Shown piece by piece: positions 38,881-48,655 of a stretch of DNA of 64,000 nt. The position numbers were made by a program, and so were the translations under genes. Location of the stretch: the NCBI GenBank assembly GCA_963727505.1, contig CAVSGP010000009.1, positions 96,001 to 160,000 on the forward strand, read 5' to 3'. The notes under the pieces were generated by a model. The model was not told where the DNA came from. It saw only the letters and a list, made by a program, of their open reading frames with translations, and searched no databases. The stretch's first letter is position 1. Each line of letters starts with the position of its first letter. Origin of the DNA: an uncultured Trueperaceae bacterium (GTDB lineage Bacteria; Deinococcota; Deinococci; Deinococcales; Trueperaceae).

Positions 38881-40215
38881 GTGGCAACGGAAGTCAAACT
38901 GCCCGAGGTGGGAGAAGGTATCGAGTCCGGTACCGTCGTGGGCGTGCTGGTCAGCGTCGGTGACGAGGTCAAGCGGGACCAGCCGTTGATCGAGTTGGAG
39001 ACCGACAAGGCCGTGGTCGAGGTGCCGTCGTCGGCGGACGGGGTCGTGCAATCGATCAACGTCAAGGAGAACCAGGAGGCGAGGGTCGGGCAGGTGATCG
39101 TCACGCTCGACGCCGCCGGGGCGGCCAAGCCTGCGGAAGCCGGGGCGCACGCATCGGAGGCGCCTGAGTCCGAGGCGCCCTCCTCGGAGGCGCCCCCCGA
39201 ACCGGCGCCGTCGGAAGCGCCCAGCAACGAACCCTCGGCGCCGTCGACTCCTCCCGCGGCACAGCCGGTCAAGCGGCAGCCGGCCCCGCGTTCGACCGCG
39301 ACCGCTTCCGACGGTTCCGGCCTGGTGCCGGCGGCCCCGTCGGTGCGACGCCTGGCGCGCGAGCTCGGGGTGGACATCCAGCAGGTCCAGGGCAGCGGGA
39401 TCCTGGGACGGATCTCTGCCACCGACGTGCGTACGGCTGCCGAGGGCGGCGCGCCTGCTGCGGCTGCGGTAGCGGCGCCGGTGCAGCTCCCCGACTTCAG
39501 CCGCTGGGGCGAAGTCGAGCGCAAGGCGATGAGCGGCATCCGCAAGGCAACGGTGCGGACCATGGCGGGTGCCTGGTCGACCGTACCGATGGTGACGCAG
39601 TTCGACAAGGCCGACAGCACCGAGTTCGAACGTCTGAGGCAGCGCTACAAGCCGCAGGCCGAAGCCATGGGCGCGAAACTGACGCCGACGGCCATGCTGC
39701 TCAAGGTGGTCGCGGCGGCGCTGAAGCGCTTCCCGGACTTCAACGCCAGCATCGACACCGCGAGCCAGGAGATCGTCTACAAGCGCTACGTCAACGTGGG
39801 CGTCGCTGTGGACACCGAGGCGGGCCTGCTGGTTCCGGTGATCAAGAACGCCGACGGTAAGAACGTGCTCGAGCTCGCGCAGGAGCTCGGTCAACTCGCC
39901 GAGAAGGCACGCAATCGCAAGCTCACCCCCGACGACATGCAGGGGGGCAACTTCAGCGTGTCGAACCTCGGCGGCATCGGCGGGACCGGCTTCACGCCGA
40001 TCGTCAACCCGCCCGAGGTAGCCATCCTGGGGGTGTCGCGCTCGGCGCACGAGCCGGTCTACAACCAGGGGACCGGGCAGTTCGACGCCCGGCTGATGAT
40101 GCCGTTGTCGGTCACCTACGACCACCGGCTCATCGACGGCGCTGCCGCGGCGCGGTTCCTGCGCTGGATCTGTACGGCCATCGAAGAGCCGTTCCTGATG
40201 GCGCTGGAGGGCTGA
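38881..40215 (+). CDS. aceF: Dihydrolipoamide acetyltransferase E2 (single lipoyl domain)
   Basis: ETDKA lipoyl site; APSVRRLARELGVD; YDHRLIDGA. Confidence 0.92.
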   Translation: MATEVKLPEVGEGIESGTVVGVLVSVGDEVKRDQPLIELETDKAVVEVPSSADGVVQSINVKENQEARVGQVIVTLDAAGAAKPAEAGAHASEAPESEAPSSEAPPEPAPSEAPSNEPSAPSTPPAAQPVKRQPAPRSTATASDGSGLVPAAPSVRRLARELGVDIQQVQGSGILGRISATDVRTAAEGGAPAAAAVAAPVQLPDFSRWGEVERKAMSGIRKATVRTMAGAWSTVPMVTQFDKADSTEFERLRQRYKPQAEAMGAKLTPTAMLLKVVAAALKRFPDFNASIDTASQEIVYKRYVNVGVAVDTEAGLLVPVIKNADGKNVLELAQELGQLAEKARNRKLTPDDMQGGNFSVSNLGGIGGTGFTPIVNPPEVAILGVSRSAHEPVYNQGTGQFDARLMMPLSVTYDHRLIDGAAAARFLRWICTAIEEPFLMALEG

Positions 40216-40333
40216 GCCCGGCGATTCGGGAGGGCGCGCCGCCCGTCAGCGGCGCGCCGAAGCGCCCGAGGCACGTCTACAGCGCGCAAAACTCAACCGA
40301 CTCTCATGGGGCCGCGTGGTACGATAGCGCGGT

Positions 40334-41107
40334 ATGTCGGCTGTGATGGGTGCCCCGCAGGGTGCACGTGAGAGCCCCGGGCGGCTCGAGCTCCGGGCCA
40401 CGGGCCTCACCAAGCGTTACGGCGGCCGCAGGGTCGTCGACGGCGTGGACATCCGTCTCCGGCGCGGCGAGATCGTCGCGTTGCTGGGACCCAACGGCGC
40501 CGGCAAGACCACCAGCTTCTACATGATGGTCGGGTTCGTCCGGCCCAACGCGGGTTCCATCCGCCTGGGGGACCAGGACGTGACGCGCTGGCCGATGCAC
40601 CGCCGTGCCCGTCAGGGCCTCGGCTACCTGGCGCAGGAGCCCAGCGCCTTCCGGAAGCTGAGCGTCGAGGACAACCTGCTGGCCATCCTGGAGTTCCAGG
40701 GTCTGAGCCGGGGCGAGCAGGAGCGGCGTGCCCACGAGCTGCTCGACGAGTTCCACCTCCGGCCGCTGGCGCGTCGGCGTGCCAACACGCTCTCCGGCGG
40801 GGAGCGGCGGCGGCTCGAGATCGCGCGCAGCCTCACCATCGAGCCCGATTTCATCCTCCTCGACGAGCCTTTCACGGGCGTCGACCCCAAGTCCATCCGG
40901 GAGATCCAGGTGTTGATCGCGGAGCTGCGCGAGCGTCGCGGCCTGGGCGTCCTGCTCACCGACCACAGCGTGCGCGAGACTCTCGCCATCGCCGACCGCG
41001 TCTACCTGATGTTCGACGGTCGGGTTCGCTTCGACGGCACGCCCCAGGAATTCGCGAGCGACGCCGACGTCCGGACCTACTATCTCGGCGCCGACTTCCA
41101 GATCTGA
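40334..41107 (+). CDS. lptB: LptB-type ABC ATPase
   Basis: [54 protein letters not shown]. Confidence 0.92.
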   Translation: MSAVMGAPQGARESPGRLELRATGLTKRYGGRRVVDGVDIRLRRGEIVALLGPNGAGKTTSFYMMVGFVRPNAGSIRLGDQDVTRWPMHRRARQGLGYLAQEPSAFRKLSVEDNLLAILEFQGLSRGEQERRAHELLDEFHLRPLARRRANTLSGGERRRLEIARSLTIEPDFILLDEPFTGVDPKSIREIQVLIAELRERRGLGVLLTDHSVRETLAIADRVYLMFDGRVRFDGTPQEFASDADVRTYYLGADFQI

Positions 41108-41165
41108 GGCGCGGGCGGACATGCGACGTCCTCCGGTGATCCCCAGCCCGAACCGGGGCGGCTGA

Positions 41166-42959
41166 ATGGCATACCTGGTGGGACTGGTGCTCCTGCTGGC
41201 GACGTTGGCCGGCATCATCGCCTACCTGGGCGACCGGCTCGGCACGGTGGTCGGGCGGCGGCGCCTCAGCCTGTTCGGCGCGCGACCGCGGCGCAGCGGC
41301 CAGATCGTCGGGGTCGTGGTAGGCATCGTCATCATGCTCACGACCCTGGCGGTGTTGGCGCTGGCCTTCCAGAACGCCACCCAGACGCTCGTCAACGCGC
41401 AACGCACCGCCGACGAGCTGCAGCGCCTGCGCGCGCAGGAGAAGGTCCAGCAGGACAAGGTCAACGAGTTGAACAATCAGCTCGACAGCCTCAAGAACGA
41501 GTTGGCCCAGGCGCAGCAGACGATCCAGGACGCCCAGACGCAGCGCGACGCCGCCCTGCAGGAGCGTGATCAGGCACGCCAGGAACGCGACAAGCTGCAG
41601 GCGCAGCGCGCGCAGCTCCAGGACCAGGTGGACCAGCTCAGTCAGCAGATGACGGACGTGAACGCGCAGCTCAGCCAGGCGCAGGCCAAGCTGACGAGCA
41701 CCCAGGCCGATCTGCAGACGGCCCAGCTGGCGCAGGCCGAGGCCGTAAAAGCGCGCGACCAGGCGCAGGCCGACGCTGCGCAGGCCAAGCAGGACGCGCA
41801 GCGGCTGCAGCAGGAGGTGGCCTCCGCGCGGAACCAGCTCGACGATGCCAACCAGCGCCTCGACGCGCTCCAAGGCAAGCTCTCCGACACGGAGAAGCGT
41901 TTGACCGACGCGGACCAGAAGCTCAAGGCGGCGCAGGCGGGGCTCGAGAAGGCGCAGACGGCCCAGGCGCAGGCCGAGTCGGCACGCGACCAAGCCTTGC
42001 AGCAGCGCGATCAGGCCCTGCAACAGGCCACCGCCCTGCAGCAGCAGACGAAGCAGCTCACCGGTCAGGTGGGGCAGCTCCAGGGTGAGGTCGCCGACCT
42101 GCAGCAGCAGCAAAAGCAACTCCAGGGGCAGGCCAGCGCCCTCAAGCAGCAGAACCAGGAGCTGCAGGCGCGGAACCAGGGCCTCTCGCAGGAGAACGCC
42201 CGCTTCGTGCAGCAGAACCAGCTCCTCAGCGAGCAGAAGGACCAGTTACAGCGGCAGATCGAGCAACAGAACCAGAAGGTGCAGGATCTGCAGGGGCAGC
42301 TCCAGACGCTCAACAGCCGCCTCGAGGAGCAGGCGCGCAAGCTCAACGAGGTCAGCGCCGAGTACAACCGGGCCACCAGCGGCGACGTGACGTTCCAGAA
42401 GGACGAACTGATCTACGCCGGGCCGATCTACGCGCAGGACCCCGCCACCATCAAGGACGAGCTGACCAAGTTCATCGCGTCGGCCACCACCTACGTGGCG
42501 CGCCGAGGGGTCGAGAAGCTTCGCGTGACGCCCGAGCAGTTCAACAGCCTGGTCGATGTCATCGCCCAGACGCCGGGATCCGACCTGGTGCGCCTCATCT
42601 CACCGCGCAACCAGTTCAGCTCCACCGTCGACGTCACCATCGAGGCCATCGAGAACACCAAGCTCTTCGACAAGGGGCAGCTCGTCGTGAGCCGGCAGAT
42701 CCATCTCGGCTCGGCCGATCTGCCCGCCAGCCAGGACGAGGTCCGTAACGCCCTGACGCAGCTCAAAGGCGACGCCGTGCGCAAGCTGCGGCGCGCCGGG
42801 CTGGACGAGATGCAGGTCCCCGACTTCGGCCCGGTCACCGACGACATCTTCACGAGCTTGCTGCTGCGCCTGCACGGCCCGGTCACCATCGGGCTGGTCG
42901 CCACCGACGACATCTACCGATCCGGTCCGGCGAAGCTGGAGCTGCAGGTCCTCTACTGA
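41166..42959 (+). CDS. DUF3084 family membrane-anchored long coiled-coil protein
   Basis: IAYLGDRLG..VGRRRLSLFG.RPR signature; long Gln-rich heptad region. Confidence 0.85.
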   Translation: MAYLVGLVLLLATLAGIIAYLGDRLGTVVGRRRLSLFGARPRRSGQIVGVVVGIVIMLTTLAVLALAFQNATQTLVNAQRTADELQRLRAQEKVQQDKVNELNNQLDSLKNELAQAQQTIQDAQTQRDAALQERDQARQERDKLQAQRAQLQDQVDQLSQQMTDVNAQLSQAQAKLTSTQADLQTAQLAQAEAVKARDQAQADAAQAKQDAQRLQQEVASARNQLDDANQRLDALQGKLSDTEKRLTDADQKLKAAQAGLEKAQTAQAQAESARDQALQQRDQALQQATALQQQTKQLTGQVGQLQGEVADLQQQQKQLQGQASALKQQNQELQARNQGLSQENARFVQQNQLLSEQKDQLQRQIEQQNQKVQDLQGQLQTLNSRLEEQARKLNEVSAEYNRATSGDVTFQKDELIYAGPIYAQDPATIKDELTKFIASATTYVARRGVEKLRVTPEQFNSLVDVIAQTPGSDLVRLISPRNQFSSTVDVTIEAIENTKLFDKGQLVVSRQIHLGSADLPASQDEVRNALTQLKGDAVRKLRRAGLDEMQVPDFGPVTDDIFTSLLLRLHGPVTIGLVATDDIYRSGPAKLELQVLY

Positions 42960-43013
42960 GCTACGGAGCTTCTGAGCGAAGGAGCTACGGCGCAACGGCG
43001 CCACGGAGCTACG
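42958..43013. repeat. Degenerate 8-bp tandem repeat (consensus GAGCTACG) x7 between convergent stop codons
   Basis: GAGCTACG GAGCTTCT GAGCGAAG GAGCTACG GCGCAACG GCGCCACG GAGCTACG. Confidence 0.75.
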
Positions 43014-43395
43014 GCGCGCGGCCGGCGCGGGACCGCGCCACGAAGGCCACCTGCCGCCCGTCGGGGTCGCGCGCGGTGAAGGCGACGCCAGCGCCCCCTT
43101 CACCTGGCGGAACGTCGACCTCGACGCTCAGCGCACGCAGCCGGCGGACCAGGGCCGCCGGGTCGTCGCAGTGGAAGGTCAGGCGGAGATCGCGCTCCAC
43201 CCCCAGGGCGCCGTCGTGCTGGCGGAATTCCAGCGACGTGCCGCCGACGCGCACGACCAGCCGGCTCGTCTCCTCGACAGCGAGCGAGAGGCCGAGGTCG
43301 CGCACGTAGAAGTCTCGAGTGGCGGTCAGGTCCTGCGCCGCCAGGCTCATCACCAGGGCCGTCGGCGGTCTGGCGGAGGGCGCATCCGGACACAT
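43009..43395 (-). CDS. VOC/glyoxalase family protein (start uncertain)
   Basis: DL..TRDFY..DLGL, LTFHCDD, F.ARDPDG. Confidence 0.7.
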   Translation of the reverse strand: MCPDAPSARPPTALVMSLAAQDLTATRDFYVRDLGLSLAVEETSRLVVRVGGTSLEFRQHDGALGVERDLRLTFHCDDPAALVRRLRALSVEVDVPPGEGGAGVAFTARDPDGRQVAFVARSRAGRAP

Positions 43396-43465
43396 GCCCC
43401 GTCCTACCACGGTGGGCGCGTCACGGTGCACCGCACTTGGCTGCGCGGTCTCGTAAGCTGGAGCC

Positions 43466-43858
43466 GTGGATGAACCGACGAGGATCCTGGTGGCCGATGA
43501 CGTCGAAGGGCAGAGACTCGTGCTCGACATGCTGCTCAGCGCCGACGGACACATCGTCGACACGGTGGAGGACGGGCGCGCCGCGCTCGACTACCTGAAG
43601 ACCACGACGCCGGACCTGGTGATCCTGGACGTCGCCATGCCCTTCATATCCGGCATCGACATCTGCCATCGCATGAAGCGCATCCCCCGCCTGAAGGACG
43701 TTCCTGTGATCATCCTGACGGCGCTCAAGGACGAGCGCACCCGCGACATGGCGCGTGTCGCTCGTGCCGATGCCATCGTGACCAAGCCGCTCGAAGGCAA
43801 GGACTTCCGGGCCGCGGTGCGCGATCTGCTGGCGGCCGGACGCTCCGCAGGAAGCTAG
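43466..43858 (+). CDS. Single-domain response regulator
   Basis: ILVADD, PDLVILDVAMP, VIILTA, KP; leaderless TAAGCT-N6-GTG. Confidence 0.9.
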   Translation: MDEPTRILVADDVEGQRLVLDMLLSADGHIVDTVEDGRAALDYLKTTTPDLVILDVAMPFISGIDICHRMKRIPRLKDVPVIILTALKDERTRDMARVARADAIVTKPLEGKDFRAAVRDLLAAGRSAGS

Positions 43859-43873
43859 CGGTCAACGCGCCCA

Positions 43874-44692
43874 TCATCCCTGACGCTGCCGCATCGCCTC
43901 GAACAGCAGCACGGCGCCCGCCACCCCCACGTTGAGGCTGTCCGCCACACGGGAGCGCATCGGGATGCGCACCTGCTGCTCGGCGGCGTCGAGCCAAACG
44001 GCGCCCAGCCCGGCGTGCTCCGACCCCAGCACGACGGCGACGCCGCCGCGGTAGTCGGCGTCCCAGTGGGCGCGCACGGCGTGGGGCGTGGAGGCGATCA
44101 CACGCAGGTCCGCGGCGCGCAGCCAGGCCAGCGCCTCGGCCGTTGCGGCGCTCGCCACCGGGAGGGCGAACACGCTGCCCATGCTGGCGCGGATCACGTT
44201 GGGGTTCCGAAGGTCGGTCCCCTGGCCGGTGACCAGCACCCCGTCGACCCCCGTGGCGTCGGCCGTTCTCAGCAGGGCGCCGACGTTGCCCGGCTTCTCG
44301 ATGCCGTCGAGCACGAGCACCAGCGGATCGGACGGGAGGGCCAGCTGCTCGAGCCCGCGCGCGGGCTCGAGCGCCACGAGGGCGACCCCGTCCGGGTGCT
44401 CGCGCAGGCTCAGGCGCTCGAAGGCATCGGGGGAGAGCTCGATCACCTCGGCGCCCCGTGCAGCAGCGGCCTCCCGTAGGGCTTCGGTCGCCTTGCGGTG
44501 GCGGGCCGGCCACAGCTCCGGGGCGACCAGGAGCCACACGAGCGTGATCCCCGCCTCCGTGGCGCGCTCCGCTTCGCGCAGTCCTTCGACGAGGGTCCGC
44601 CCTGTGCGGTCCCGCTCCCGCCGGGTCTTGAGGGCGGCCACCTCTTTCACCAGGGGGTTACGGGCGCTGTCGATGCGGCGGGCGGGCGACAT
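43874..44692 (-). CDS. TrmH/SpoU family RNA methyltransferase
   Basis: EKPGNVGALLRTA, IRASMG, GSEHAGL, IPM..DSLNV. Confidence 0.9.
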   Translation of the reverse strand: MSPARRIDSARNPLVKEVAALKTRRERDRTGRTLVEGLREAERATEAGITLVWLLVAPELWPARHRKATEALREAAAARGAEVIELSPDAFERLSLREHPDGVALVALEPARGLEQLALPSDPLVLVLDGIEKPGNVGALLRTADATGVDGVLVTGQGTDLRNPNVIRASMGSVFALPVASAATAEALAWLRAADLRVIASTPHAVRAHWDADYRGGVAVVLGSEHAGLGAVWLDAAEQQVRIPMRSRVADSLNVGVAGAVLLFEAMRQRQG

Positions 44693-44765
44693 GCGGCATT
44701 GTAACGACGACGCCTCCTCGCCTTTCATGCGGGGAGGAGGGGGCTCCGGCCGGTAGACTCGCGTC

Positions 44766-45611
44766 ATGGAGTCGCTCATCGACGCCGGAACGCTGCTGCG
44801 CAGGCTCGACGACCCGGGCCTGCGCATCCTCGACGCACGCTTCGAGCTGCTGGATCCGCCCGCGGGCCGGCGCATGTACGGGGAGGGGCACGTGCCGGGC
44901 GCCGTGTTCGTGGACCTGGACGAGGATCTGGCGGCGCCCGCTGCGCGGCACGGCGGTCGGCACCCGCTGCCCGACATGGGTGCCTTCGCCCGCAAGCTCG
45001 GCGAGCGCGGGGTGGGCGACGACCACGAGGTCGTGGTCTACGACCAGGGCGGCACCATGTTCGCGGCGCGCGCCTGGTGGCTCCTGCGCTACGCGGGCCA
45101 CGACCGGGTGCGGGTCCTCGACGGCGGCTACCGAGCGTACCGGGAGGCGGGGGGAGCGGTCAGCCGCGAGGTCCCGTTGCACGACCGCGCGATGCTGTCG
45201 CTCCGCCTTCGGCAAGAGATGGTCGTCGACCGGGCGCGGTTGCGCCGGGCGCTCCATGACCCACAGTGGTGCATCCTCGACGTGCGCTCGCCGGAGCGCT
45301 ACCGAGGGGAGACAGAGCCGATCGATCCCAGGGCCGGGCATATCCCCTCGGCGCTCAACCGCCCTTACGAGCGCACGCTGACCGAGCGCGGGCGCTTCGC
45401 CGAGCCTCACGCGCTGAGGGAGCAGTTCGCGGTGGCCGCCGGCCGCTCCGAGGTGGTCGGTTACTGCGGGTCGGGGGTCAGTGCGGCGCACGCCATCCTC
45501 GCCATGGAGCTGGCCGGCATCCCCGGCGCCCGGCTGTACCCGGGATCGTGGAGCGACTGGTGCAGCTACGAGGACTTGCCCGTGGCGCTGGGTGACGAGG
45601 AGTCCGGCTAG
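44766..45611 (+). CDS. Two-domain rhodanese sulfurtransferase (SseA-like)
   Basis: GHVPGA, GRHPLP, GHIP, YCGSGVSA, YPGSWSDW. Confidence 0.92.
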   Translation: MESLIDAGTLLRRLDDPGLRILDARFELLDPPAGRRMYGEGHVPGAVFVDLDEDLAAPAARHGGRHPLPDMGAFARKLGERGVGDDHEVVVYDQGGTMFAARAWWLLRYAGHDRVRVLDGGYRAYREAGGAVSREVPLHDRAMLSLRLRQEMVVDRARLRRALHDPQWCILDVRSPERYRGETEPIDPRAGHIPSALNRPYERTLTERGRFAEPHALREQFAVAAGRSEVVGYCGSGVSAAHAILAMELAGIPGARLYPGSWSDWCSYEDLPVALGDEESG

Positions 45612-45657
45612 GCCACGCCGGACAGGGTCCATGGGGGGCTAAGATGAGAGGCCACGG

Positions 45658-46620
45658 ATGACCGAGGTCGAGCACAGCGAGCGCTGGGACCGGATCTGGG
45701 CGGGTTTCTTCCGAAACCTACCGCACGGGGTGGTCGTGTTCCGGGCGGTGCGCAACGACGAGGGTCGGCTGCGCGACTTCGTGTGGGTGGACGTCAATCC
45801 GGTTGGCGCCGGCATCCTGCGCGTAGCCCGGACGGACCTGATCGGCCAGCGGCTGCGCAGCGTCTACCCCGACCACCTGGATCCGCGCCTGTTGTGGCGG
45901 CTGGCGTCGGCGCTGCACGGGCGCCGCCCGCGCGAGTTCGAGTACGCGGTCCCCACGCCGCCGTTCCGGCCGCAGCGACCCGGCGCCGGAGCACGGGATG
46001 CGGACGTCGCTGGTGGGGTCGAGGGCGACGCACCGCCCGCCTGGTGGTACGCGGTGACGGTGGTGCCGGCCGACGAGGATCACGTGGTGGTGCTGTTCCG
46101 CTCCATCACCGATTACAAGGACGTGCTGCGGCAGGCCGTCGAGTTGATGAACCACGACGACCTGACCGGGCTGGCCAACCGGCGCCACATGAAGTCGAGG
46201 TTCTGGGTGTGGCGCAAGCGGCGCGTGCGCATGGCGATCATCTACTTCGACCTCAACGGCTTCAAGACGGTGAACGACAGGCACGGGCACGAGGCCGGCG
46301 ATCAGGTGCTAGGGGTTATCGGGCAGCGTTTGAAGCAGAACGTGCGTCCCGGCGAGATGGTGGCACGCATCGGCGGAGACGAGTTCGCGGTCCTGCTGGG
46401 CGAAGCCGAGGTGGGCACCCTCGATCGCGTTGCAGAGCGCCTGATCCAGTCGGTGGAGGAGCCCATCCATCTCGCCGACTACACGGTGCAGCTCAGCGCC
46501 AGCGTGGGTGCCGCCCTCTACCCGGACGACGCCGAGTCCTTCGAAGCCCTTCTCGGTCGCGCCGACGAGCGCATGTACCAGCACAAGCGGGAGTACCGCG
46601 CCGCGCAGGGCCAGAGCTGA
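45658..46620 (+). CDS. PAS-like sensor diguanylate cyclase
   Basis: HDDLTGLANR, DLNGFKTVND.HGH.AGD, RIGGDEF; I-site reads RPGE rather than RxxD. Confidence 0.9.
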   Translation: MTEVEHSERWDRIWAGFFRNLPHGVVVFRAVRNDEGRLRDFVWVDVNPVGAGILRVARTDLIGQRLRSVYPDHLDPRLLWRLASALHGRRPREFEYAVPTPPFRPQRPGAGARDADVAGGVEGDAPPAWWYAVTVVPADEDHVVVLFRSITDYKDVLRQAVELMNHDDLTGLANRRHMKSRFWVWRKRRVRMAIIYFDLNGFKTVNDRHGHEAGDQVLGVIGQRLKQNVRPGEMVARIGGDEFAVLLGEAEVGTLDRVAERLIQSVEEPIHLADYTVQLSASVGAALYPDDAESFEALLGRADERMYQHKREYRAAQGQS

Positions 46621-46705
46621 TCCCTTCGGACCCTCACCGGGAGCTGGCGCCGCCCCGTCACCGTCGGGCCGGACGGGTTCCGAGGGCGATGCTATCCTCG
46701 GTGGC

Positions 46706-47638
46706 ATGAACATCGTCGTGATGGGAGCCGGCGCGGTCGGCGGCTACTTCGGTGGGCGCCTTGCCGAGGCCGGGCACCGGGTCACCCTGGTGGCGCGGGG
46801 AGCGCACCTGCGGGCTCTCCAGGAGAGCGGGCTTCGCCTGCGCAGCACGCTCGGGGACGCGCACGTGCAGCGTCTGGCGGCAGTGGAGGATCCGCGGGAC
46901 GCCGCACCGGACGTCCGCCCGGTGGACGTGGTGCTGTTCACGGTGAAGGCGCAGGACAGCGCGTCCGCCGCCGAGCGGATCGCGCCGCTCGTGAGCGCCG
47001 ACACCCGCGTGCTCACGCTGCAGAACGGCGTCGACGGGGTGGAGGTGCTCCGGCGGCGCTTCGGAGACGAGCGCGTCCTTGCAGGCGTCGCTTATATCGA
47101 GGCGCTGATCGGGGCGCCGGGCGAGATCGTCCACAAGAGCCCGTTCGCGCGCGTCGTGTTCGGCCCTCTCGTGGCGCCCGATCCCCATGCCGAAGAGCTC
47201 GCCGGCGCGTTCCGGGAGGCCGGCGTGGAGGCGACCCTGGAGGCCGACCCGATGGTCGCGGTGTGGCGCAAGTGGCTGCTCATCTGCGCGTTCAGCGGGC
47301 TGACCGCGCTGACGCGCAAGCCCATCGGGGAGATCGTGGAGCGACGCGAGACGCGCGAGCTCCTCAGGCGCGCCATGGAGGAGATCGCCGCCCTCGCCGC
47401 GGCGCGCGGAGTGGCGCTTCCCGACGACGCCGTCGACGGCGCCATGACGTTCGCGCGCAAGACGGCCGAACCCACCATGACCTCGTCGCTGGCGCAGGAC
47501 CTGGCCGCCGGCAAACACCTGGAGCTCGAAGCACTCAACGGCGCCGCGTCCCGCATGGGCCGCGAGCTCGGTGTGTCCACACCGGTCAACGACTTCGTCT
47601 ACGCCGCGCTGGTCCTGCACAGCCGAGGAGCGGCGTGA
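46706..47638 (+). CDS. panE: 2-dehydropantoate 2-reductase
   Basis: GAGAVGGYFG, LQNG, WRK, SSLAQD, LELEALNG. Confidence 0.88.
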   Translation: MNIVVMGAGAVGGYFGGRLAEAGHRVTLVARGAHLRALQESGLRLRSTLGDAHVQRLAAVEDPRDAAPDVRPVDVVLFTVKAQDSASAAERIAPLVSADTRVLTLQNGVDGVEVLRRRFGDERVLAGVAYIEALIGAPGEIVHKSPFARVVFGPLVAPDPHAEELAGAFREAGVEATLEADPMVAVWRKWLLICAFSGLTALTRKPIGEIVERRETRELLRRAMEEIAALAAARGVALPDDAVDGAMTFARKTAEPTMTSSLAQDLAAGKHLELEALNGAASRMGRELGVSTPVNDFVYAALVLHSRGAA

Positions 47639-48204
47639 GCGACGTCCGGTGCGCCTGGGCCGGGAACGACCCACGGATGCGCCGCTATCACGACGAGGAG
47701 TGGGGCGTTCCCGTCCACGACGACCGCCGCTGGTTCGAGATGCTGGTGCTGGAGAGCTTCCAGGCGGGTCTGAGCTGGCGCACCATCCTCCACAAGCGCG
47801 ACGCCTTCCGCGACGCCTTTGCCGCCTTCGACCCAGCCAGGGTCGCTCGCTTCACGGAGGCCGACGTGACCCGCCTGCTCGCGGACCCCGGCATCGTGCG
47901 CAACAGCGCCAAGGTCCGTGCGGCCGTATCCAACGCCCAGGCCTTCCTGCGCGTTCAGGAGGCGTTCGGGAGCTTCGACGCCTTCGCCTGGGACGCGGTC
48001 GGAGGGATCCCGGTCGTCGGCCGTCGCGAGACGCAGGCCGACGTGCCCGCCGTCACGGAGGCCTCCGTGACGCTGGCCCGGGACCTGAAGCAGCGCGGTT
48101 TCCGGTTTGTTGGGCCCACCGTGGCCTACGCCTTCATGCAGGCGACCGGCCTGGTCAACGACCACACGCTGGACTGTTTCCGCTACGCCGAGCTGGTGCC
48201 TTGA
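47635..48204 (+). CDS. tag: DNA-3-methyladenine glycosylase I
   Basis: RCAW, YHDEEWG, FQAGLSW, FVGPT, NDH..DC. Confidence 0.93.
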   Translation: MSDVRCAWAGNDPRMRRYHDEEWGVPVHDDRRWFEMLVLESFQAGLSWRTILHKRDAFRDAFAAFDPARVARFTEADVTRLLADPGIVRNSAKVRAAVSNAQAFLRVQEAFGSFDAFAWDAVGGIPVVGRRETQADVPAVTEASVTLARDLKQRGFRFVGPTVAYAFMQATGLVNDHTLDCFRYAELVP

Positions 48205-48250
48205 GCGGCGCATCGCGCGGGCCGCGGCCGCTGCTATCATGGCCGCGTCC

Positions 48251-48628
48251 ATGAGCGACGACGCCCGCCGCGGTTACACCATGCTGGCCCGGCTGTTCCT
48301 GGTCGTGGGCGGGGCCTTCGCCTTGCTGGCCGTGCTGCAGTTGGCGGGTGCATTCCGCCTGTTCAACGGCAACCCTCTGGGTGTGGCGCTGATCGTGTTG
48401 ATCATCGGAGTGCTGCTCGAGTGGACGGTGCGCACCGCGCCTCCCGCGGCCCCTGCGCCCGAGGACGCGGTCGCCGAGGACGCGGTCGCCGAGGCGGACG
48501 AGGGCGCGAGCGACGATGTGCAGCCTGACGGGTGGGACGCCGGGGGGCGGGAGAGTGGCGAGCGGCGGGCCGACGGGCCGACGCTCGACGGTCGAGGCCT
48601 CGACCCACCCGCGCGCGGCCGCCACTAG
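48251..48628 (+). CDS. Small two-TM membrane protein with acidic tail
   Basis: Two hydrophobic helices; EDAVA x2 repeat; TATCAT upstream. Confidence 0.55.
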   Translation: MSDDARRGYTMLARLFLVVGGAFALLAVLQLAGAFRLFNGNPLGVALIVLIIGVLLEWTVRTAPPAAPAPEDAVAEDAVAEADEGASDDVQPDGWDAGGRESGERRADGPTLDGRGLDPPARGRH

Positions 48629-48655
48629 CCTCGGTCGCGCGTGGGCCCATCCGGC

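Noticed and set aside
36163..40125. 1320-aa antisense ORF over aceE/aceF, and many similar long shadow ORFs
   Set aside because: Antisense to well-supported genes; an expected stop-poor frame in high-GC DNA with no motifs
38881..40333. Missing lpdA after aceEF
   Set aside because: E3 is commonly encoded elsewhere
42958..43013. Possible mini-CRISPR (GAGCTACGG every 24 bp)
   Set aside because: Explained by a degenerate 8-bp tandem repeat; far too short and no cas genes
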